Of a stretch of DNA of 64,000 nucleotides, positions 59,648 through 64,000 are shown one piece after another (within the stretch, counting starts at the first letter, position 1; the number at the start of each line of letters is the position of its first letter). The position numbers and the translations under genes are program-made. This DNA is from Tidjanibacter sp. (GTDB lineage: Bacteria > Bacteroidota > Bacteroidia > Bacteroidales > Rikenellaceae), in NCBI GenBank assembly GCA_017648105.1, contig JAGCJH010000017.1:788-64787 (forward strand). Direction: 5' to 3'. The notes beneath the pieces are model-generated. The model saw nothing but the letters and a program-made list of their open reading frames with translations, searched no databases and had not been told where the DNA came from.

Positions 59648-60892
59648 ATGAACAAAGACAAAAAATACTATACCCCCAAAATCTTCACTCCCCGTGCCTC
59701 CTCTGCACTCTCCTCGGGAGGTTTCCCCTTTGGTGTGGCGAGTGGTGTGAGTGGCGCAGGTGATGTGTGGCGCTGGGGTAGCGACAACCTCTTCCCCTAT
59801 GCTCTTTCGCTCCTTGCTCGTCGTTCGACAACCCACCGCAGAATCATCAACGACAAGGCGGACTACATCTCGGGTAAGGGTTTTAGTGTGGCGGAGGAGG
59901 CTGTGAGGACAAAGCAGTTTGTGCGTGAGGCAAACTCTTTTGGCGAGTCGCTCCGTGAGGTGCTCAACAAACTCGCCTTCGACAAGGCGCTCTTCGGAAA
60001 CGCCTTTGCGGAGATTGTGACCGATGCCCAAAACTCCTTCCTTGCAATCTTCCATCAGGACGCCTCACGATGCCGTCTGGCAAAGGATGGTTGCCATATC
60101 GTGCTCCACCACAACTGGGCGCAGTACAACCCCTCGGAGGGGCGTTCGCTCCCTCTCTTCCCACTCTTTGAGGAGGGCGAGGATGGCAATCTCCACGCCA
60201 TTATCCACTACAAAGACTACGAACCTATGTTCTCCCACTATGGTGTGCCCCCCTATATTGCTGGCTTGGATGTCTCAACCATCGCCTATAAGACCGACAC
60301 TTGGAACATCTCACGCCTTGACAACTCCTTCCAACTTTCGGGTGTGATGTTGCTCGATGGTGGCGTGGAGAGCGAAGCAGAGGCTGAGGAGTTGGTGCAG
60401 AGTGCCCAGCGCAAATTTGCGGGTAATCCAGGACAGGTGCTCTTCGTTGTGAAGGATTGCGAGGAGGGCGACTCCTCACGATTTATCCCCATCACAGCCT
60501 CCAATGAGGGCGACTGGCGAGAGTTGCACGATCAGGCAACTACCGACATCGTGATTGCCCACTCGTGGTTCCGTTCGCTCAGCGGTTTGGACTACTCTGG
60601 TGGCTTCTCCTCGGAGCGCATCCTCCACGAATGGGAGGTGGCTCTCAACACCGTAATTATTGGCGAGCAGGAGGAACTCCTCGAACCTATCCGCACCCTC
60701 ATTGCCAAGATTCTCGGCGAGGATGCCTCGACGCTTGCGGTTGTCAATCGTCCGCCCTCACGCTCCAAGCCCCTCTATATGCGTGTGTGGGAGGCGAGGA
60801 AGGCGGATGGTTTGGACTATAACCCAGACGACCCTGAGGAGCAACTCTTTGTTGCACAGGTAACTAAGTATGGACTCAAAAATGTTGATTGA
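59648..60892 (+). CDS. phage portal protein
   Basis: WGSDNLFP, STTHRRIINDKADYISGKG, DKALFGNAFAEI, HYGVPPY and NSFQLSG motifs. Confidence 0.85.
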   Translation: MNKDKKYYTPKIFTPRASSALSSGGFPFGVASGVSGAGDVWRWGSDNLFPYALSLLARRSTTHRRIINDKADYISGKGFSVAEEAVRTKQFVREANSFGESLREVLNKLAFDKALFGNAFAEIVTDAQNSFLAIFHQDASRCRLAKDGCHIVLHHNWAQYNPSEGRSLPLFPLFEEGEDGNLHAIIHYKDYEPMFSHYGVPPYIAGLDVSTIAYKTDTWNISRLDNSFQLSGVMLLDGGVESEAEAEELVQSAQRKFAGNPGQVLFVVKDCEEGDSSRFIPITASNEGDWRELHDQATTDIVIAHSWFRSLSGLDYSGGFSSERILHEWEVALNTVIIGEQEELLEPIRTLIAKILGEDASTLAVVNRPPSRSKPLYMRVWEARKADGLDYNPDDPEEQLFVAQVTKYGLKNVD

Positions 60893-60898
60893 TAGCCT

Positions 60899-61384
60899 AT
60901 GAAGACAATTCTCACACCTGCCGAGGTGCTCACAATAGCCTTTGGCACGACACATACGCTCCGAGAGGGCGATGTGCCTGAGCACACAATTCTCGCTACT
61001 CAGCGCAAATTCCTACGCCCTGTGTTGGGCGAGGCAATGTTTGAGGAGGTGGTGGGTGACAGCCCCTCTGCCGACATTCAGGAGCTGACGGCTCGCTACC
61101 TCAAAACCCCTCTGGCGCTCTATACCGCTTCGCTACTGCTGCCCACCATTGCAATGCAGGTGGGTGCTGCGGGTGTTGTGAGGGTTGCGGGCGAGAGCTT
61201 CCGTGCGGTGGATAATAGGGCGCTCTCACGCCTCAGCCGTCGCCTGCGCTCAGATGCCTCCGCACTGCTCGATAGTGCCACCGATTACCTCGCCTCCCAC
61301 CCCGATCGCTATCCACTCTATGACCCTAAGGAGAATATCCGTGAGCGCATACTGCTCAAAGGTGGCATTGTGGTGAGCGAGTAG
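60899..61384 (+). CDS. putative head-tail adaptor/connector
   Basis: Helical 161-aa protein after the portal; Q..FLRPVLGEAMFE and YL......YPLY motifs. Confidence 0.6.
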   Translation: MKTILTPAEVLTIAFGTTHTLREGDVPEHTILATQRKFLRPVLGEAMFEEVVGDSPSADIQELTARYLKTPLALYTASLLLPTIAMQVGAAGVVRVAGESFRAVDNRALSRLSRRLRSDASALLDSATDYLASHPDRYPLYDPKENIRERILLKGGIVVSE

Positions 61385-61466
61385 TGACGAACGAGTAATG
61401 TTTTTACTTAGGTCATTAAAGATTTTAGGAAACTAATTCTCAATTGACCAGACTCTGTCTGCTCTA

Positions 61467-61523
61467 AAATGCTCACGCTCGGCATAATGCGCAAGCGCCT
61501 TCTGCCCTCGCTTACTCGCATTT
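61467..61523. repeat. small structured intergenic element
   Basis: Nested stems AAATGC/GCATTT, GGCA/TGCC and GCGC-AA-GCGC. Confidence 0.4.
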
Positions 61524-61525
61524 GC

Positions 61526-61554
61526 CTCAATTCTCAATTCTCAATTCTCAATTT
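61526..61554. repeat. host heptamer repeat (family B) before the holin gene
   Basis: ctc aattctc aattctc aattctc aattt. Confidence 0.88.
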
Positions 61555-61556
61555 TA

Positions 61557-61973
61557 ATGAAGTATTTTTCCGGACTTATCGCTGGGGTTTTGTCGTTTTT
61601 TGCCCCAGTAGAGCCATTGCTCATTATGGCGGTGGCTTTCGTGGCGGTGGACTTCCTTACGGGAGTGCTCGCCGATAGACATAGGGCACACGCTGAGGGA
61701 GGAAAGTGGCGCTTCGAGAGCCGTAAGGCGTGGCGCACAATCTCGAAACTCTCCTTCGTGATGGCGGGCATACTGCTTGCGTGGATGCTCGATGCTCTGC
61801 TCCTGCCCCTTGTAAATCTTCGCCTTGCCAACCTCTTCACGGGCTTTGTGTGTGGCGTGGAGTTTTGGAGCTACCTCGAAAATGCTACGACCATCACTGG
61901 CGAGAGCCGCTTTGCGGATGTCGTCGAGGCGCTCAAAAAACGCCTCACACCACTCTTTGGGGGCGGGAAATAG
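61557..61973 (+). CDS. phage holin family protein (holin_4_1-like)
   Basis: Three hydrophobic segments; DFLTGV, S.K..RTISK and EFWSYLEN motifs. Confidence 0.85.
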   Translation: MKYFSGLIAGVLSFFAPVEPLLIMAVAFVAVDFLTGVLADRHRAHAEGGKWRFESRKAWRTISKLSFVMAGILLAWMLDALLLPLVNLRLANLFTGFVCGVEFWSYLENATTITGESRFADVVEALKKRLTPLFGGGK

Positions 61974-62003
61974 GGCGTTACCCTATATTTATATTAAGAA
62001 AAA

Positions 62004-62034
62004 TTTGGAGATTGGCGCAAATGTCGTATATTTG
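62004..62034 (+). promoter_or_regulatory. Bacteroidota housekeeping promoter for rimP-nusA
   Basis: TTTG (62004) - 19 bp - TATATTTG (62027). Confidence 0.8.
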
Positions 62035-62051
62035 CACCAACGAAAAATGTG

Positions 62052-62076
62052 TTCGGGGACCAGTTGAGTCCCCGAA
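62052..62076 (+). promoter_or_regulatory. rimP leader hairpin
   Basis: TTCGGGGAC-CAGTTGA-GTCCCCGAA upstream of rimP, matching the known GGG...CCC rimP leader pattern. Confidence 0.7.
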
Positions 62077-62109
62077 TTTCGTAGTATAAAGGCAAGTAAC
62101 TTGTTGAGT

Positions 62110-62577
62110 ATGATTGATGTAGTGAAGATTAGAGAGGTCGCAGAGGCGGCTTTGGAGGGCACCGATCGCTTCGTTGTGGATGTGAAGTGCTCGCCCGCAA
62201 ATGAGATTGAGATTGTAATTGATGCCGATAGTGCTGTGGATTTGGATGCCTGTGTGGATCTGAGCCGCAAGGTGGAGGGTGCCTTTGACCGAGAGGTTGA
62301 GGATTTTGAACTCTCCGTATTCTCGGCAGGTGTTGGTCAGCCCCTGAAACTCCTGCGTCAGTATCAGAAACTCATAGGTGGCACCGTTGAGGTGTTGCTC
62401 ACAAGTGGTGTGAAGGTGCTCGCAACTCTCAAAGAGGCGTCGCACGAGGGCATCACTATCGCCTACACCGAGCGCCGAGTTGTCGAAGGCAAGAAGCGCA
62501 AAGTTGAGGTGGAGGTTGAGGAGTGCTACACATTCGACCAAATTAAGAGCGTCAAAGAGTACCTCGACTTCAAGTAG
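62110..62577 (+). CDS. rimP: ribosome maturation factor RimP
   Basis: DLDACVDLSR and DFELSVFSAGVGQPL..RQY motifs; precedes nusA. Confidence 0.95.
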   Translation: MIDVVKIREVAEAALEGTDRFVVDVKCSPANEIEIVIDADSAVDLDACVDLSRKVEGAFDREVEDFELSVFSAGVGQPLKLLRQYQKLIGGTVEVLLTSGVKVLATLKEASHEGITIAYTERRVVEGKKRKVEVEVEECYTFDQIKSVKEYLDFK

Positions 62578-62699
62578 CTAGTACATCTTTCGGGCGATTT
62601 CGTCGTTATGCTTTTGATTTTGCTCCTCTTTTACGCCTTGTAAACTGCGTCGCAAAATCAAAACCAAGCATAGAACTCGCCTCGCAATATGCACTCGCT
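62576..62699 (+). repeat. diverged ~124-bp member of structured element family C
   Basis: CGGGCGATTTCGTCGTTAT, central TTTAC-N5-GTAAACTGCG, long stem TTTTGATTTTGC/GCAAAATCAAAA. Confidence 0.7.
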
Positions 62700-62773
62700 G
62701 GGGGAGAGTGATCTGGGACCACTAGGAAAACAAAGACAAAACAAAGACAAAACAAAATATAAAAAACAAAGCA

Positions 62774-63997
62774 ATGGAGAATTTGATTAGCAATTTTGCA
62801 GAGTTCAAAGAACTGAAAAACATCGACAAGAGTACGATGATTGGTGTGTTGGAGGATGTCTTCCGCCACCACTTGCAGAAGACCTACGAGACTGATGAGA
62901 ACTTCGATGTGATCATCAACCCCGAGAAGGGCGACTTGGAGATTTGGCGCAACCGTGTAATCGTGGAGGATGACGCTGTGGAGAATCCCAACCAGCAGAT
63001 TGCTCTCTCGGAGGCACGCAAACTCGACGCTACCTACGAGGTAGGCGAGGAGGTATCCGATCAGATTGATATGGCATCCTTCGGTCGTCGTGCAGTGCTC
63101 TCGCTTCGTCAGAACCTCGCATCCCGCATCCTCGACTTGGAGAAGGCAAACCTCTTCGAGAAGTATAGCGAGAGGGTTGGCGAGATTATCTCGGGTGAAG
63201 TGTATCAGGTATGGAAAAAGGAGATTTTGGTGCTCGACGATGAGAACAACGAACTCGTACTCCCCAAAGCAGAGCAGATTCCCAGCGACTTCTTCCGCAA
63301 GGGCGACAATATCAAAGCTATCGTGTCGAAGGTGGAGATGCGCAACAATAACCCCGTGATTATCCTCTCTCGTACAGCTCCTGAGTTCTTGCAGAGGCTC
63401 TTTGAGGCTGAGGTACCCGAGATTTTCGATGGTCTTATCACCATCAAGAAGATTGTCCGCATCCCCGGCGAGAGGGCAAAGGTTGCTGTTGAGTCCTACG
63501 ACGATAGGGTTGATCCCGTAGGTGCTTGCGTGGGCGTTAAGGGCTCTCGCATCTACTCCATCGTTAGGGAGCTCCGCAATGAGAATATCGATGTTGTGAA
63601 CTGGACTTCCAACACCTCGCTTCTCATTCAGAGGGCTCTCAATCCCGCAAAGATTACCTCTATTACTCTCGACGAAGCAAAGAAGACCGCTTCCGTATAT
63701 CTCAAACCCCAAGAGGTGTCGCTCGCAATCGGTAAGGGTGGTTTGAACATCCGCCTTGCAACTATGCTCACAGGCTACGATATCGATGTCTTCCGTGATG
63801 CAGACGAGGAGGATGTGGATCTCGAAGAGTTCAACGATGAGATCGAGCAGTGGATTATCGACACCTTCAAACGCATCGGTTGTGATACCGCAAAGAGCGT
63901 ACTCGAACTCTCCAAAGAGGAACTCGTGAAGCGTACAGACCTCGAAGAGGAGACTATTGAGGAGGTTGTGCGTATTCTTCGTGCCGAATTTGAATAG
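62774..63997 (+). CDS. nusA: transcription termination/antitermination factor NusA
   Basis: FGRRAV, S1 domain, RIPGERAKVAV, DPVGACVG and SLAIGKGGLN motifs. Confidence 0.98.
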   Translation: MENLISNFAEFKELKNIDKSTMIGVLEDVFRHHLQKTYETDENFDVIINPEKGDLEIWRNRVIVEDDAVENPNQQIALSEARKLDATYEVGEEVSDQIDMASFGRRAVLSLRQNLASRILDLEKANLFEKYSERVGEIISGEVYQVWKKEILVLDDENNELVLPKAEQIPSDFFRKGDNIKAIVSKVEMRNNNPVIILSRTAPEFLQRLFEAEVPEIFDGLITIKKIVRIPGERAKVAVESYDDRVDPVGACVGVKGSRIYSIVRELRNENIDVVNWTSNTSLLIQRALNPAKITSITLDEAKKTASVYLKPQEVSLAIGKGGLNIRLATMLTGYDIDVFRDADEEDVDLEEFNDEIEQWIIDTFKRIGCDTAKSVLELSKEELVKRTDLEEETIEEVVRILRAEFE

Positions 63998-64000
63998 CGA

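Larger units (their letters stand above)
52466..61973 (+). mobile_element. phage-derived morphogenesis cluster with no integrase, replication or terminase gene (candidate GTA-like element or domesticated prophage)
   Basis: Ten co-oriented ORFs including ClpP-type protease, capsid-like, portal-like and holin genes, lying between core genes. Confidence 0.85.

Noticed and set aside
52466-61973. Tailocin, contractile injection system or encapsulin interpretation
   Set aside because: No sheath or wedge genes are recognised. Portal, prohead protease and adaptor point to a head-containing virion-like particle.
52250-62000. attL/attR direct repeats or integrase bounding the phage-like cluster
   Set aside because: No matching direct repeat, tRNA or recombinase was seen by eye; a very short core could have been missed.

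Overview
This is a Bacteroidota chromosome segment, probably Rikenellaceae/Alistipes-like; that placement is inferred from gene content and TAnnTTTG promoters. Most of it is housekeeping genes: thrS, infC, fabD, parE/parC, aroK, rpsP, rimM, feoAB, rplY, grpE, dnaJ, mutL, ispE, sufE, secA, cysS, metK (with a SAM-II-like riboswitch), mutS2, lptD-like, amidase, murF-alr, rimP and nusA. The standout is a ~9.5-kb single-strand block of ten apparently uninterrupted phage-like genes (52466-61973). It encodes a putative tail terminator, two tail-tip/hub-like proteins, a 57-aa tape-measure-like mini-protein, an HTH protein, a ClpP-type prohead protease, a major capsid protein, a tail-tube-like protein, a portal, a head-tail adaptor and a holin. 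I see no integrase, replication genes, terminase, endolysin or att sites. The block has its own host-type promoter overlapped by a palindrome, an internal terminator, and host intergenic repeats inside it. This suggests a domesticated, gene-transfer-agent-like element rather than a recent prophage, but that is a hypothesis and a decayed prophage is not excluded. Intergenic DNA also carries several repeat families: a ~125-bp structured element with covarying stems just after stop codons, a second motif just before start codons, and 7-mer and 9-mer tandem repeats. All protein calls are by motif recognition; no database searches were run.
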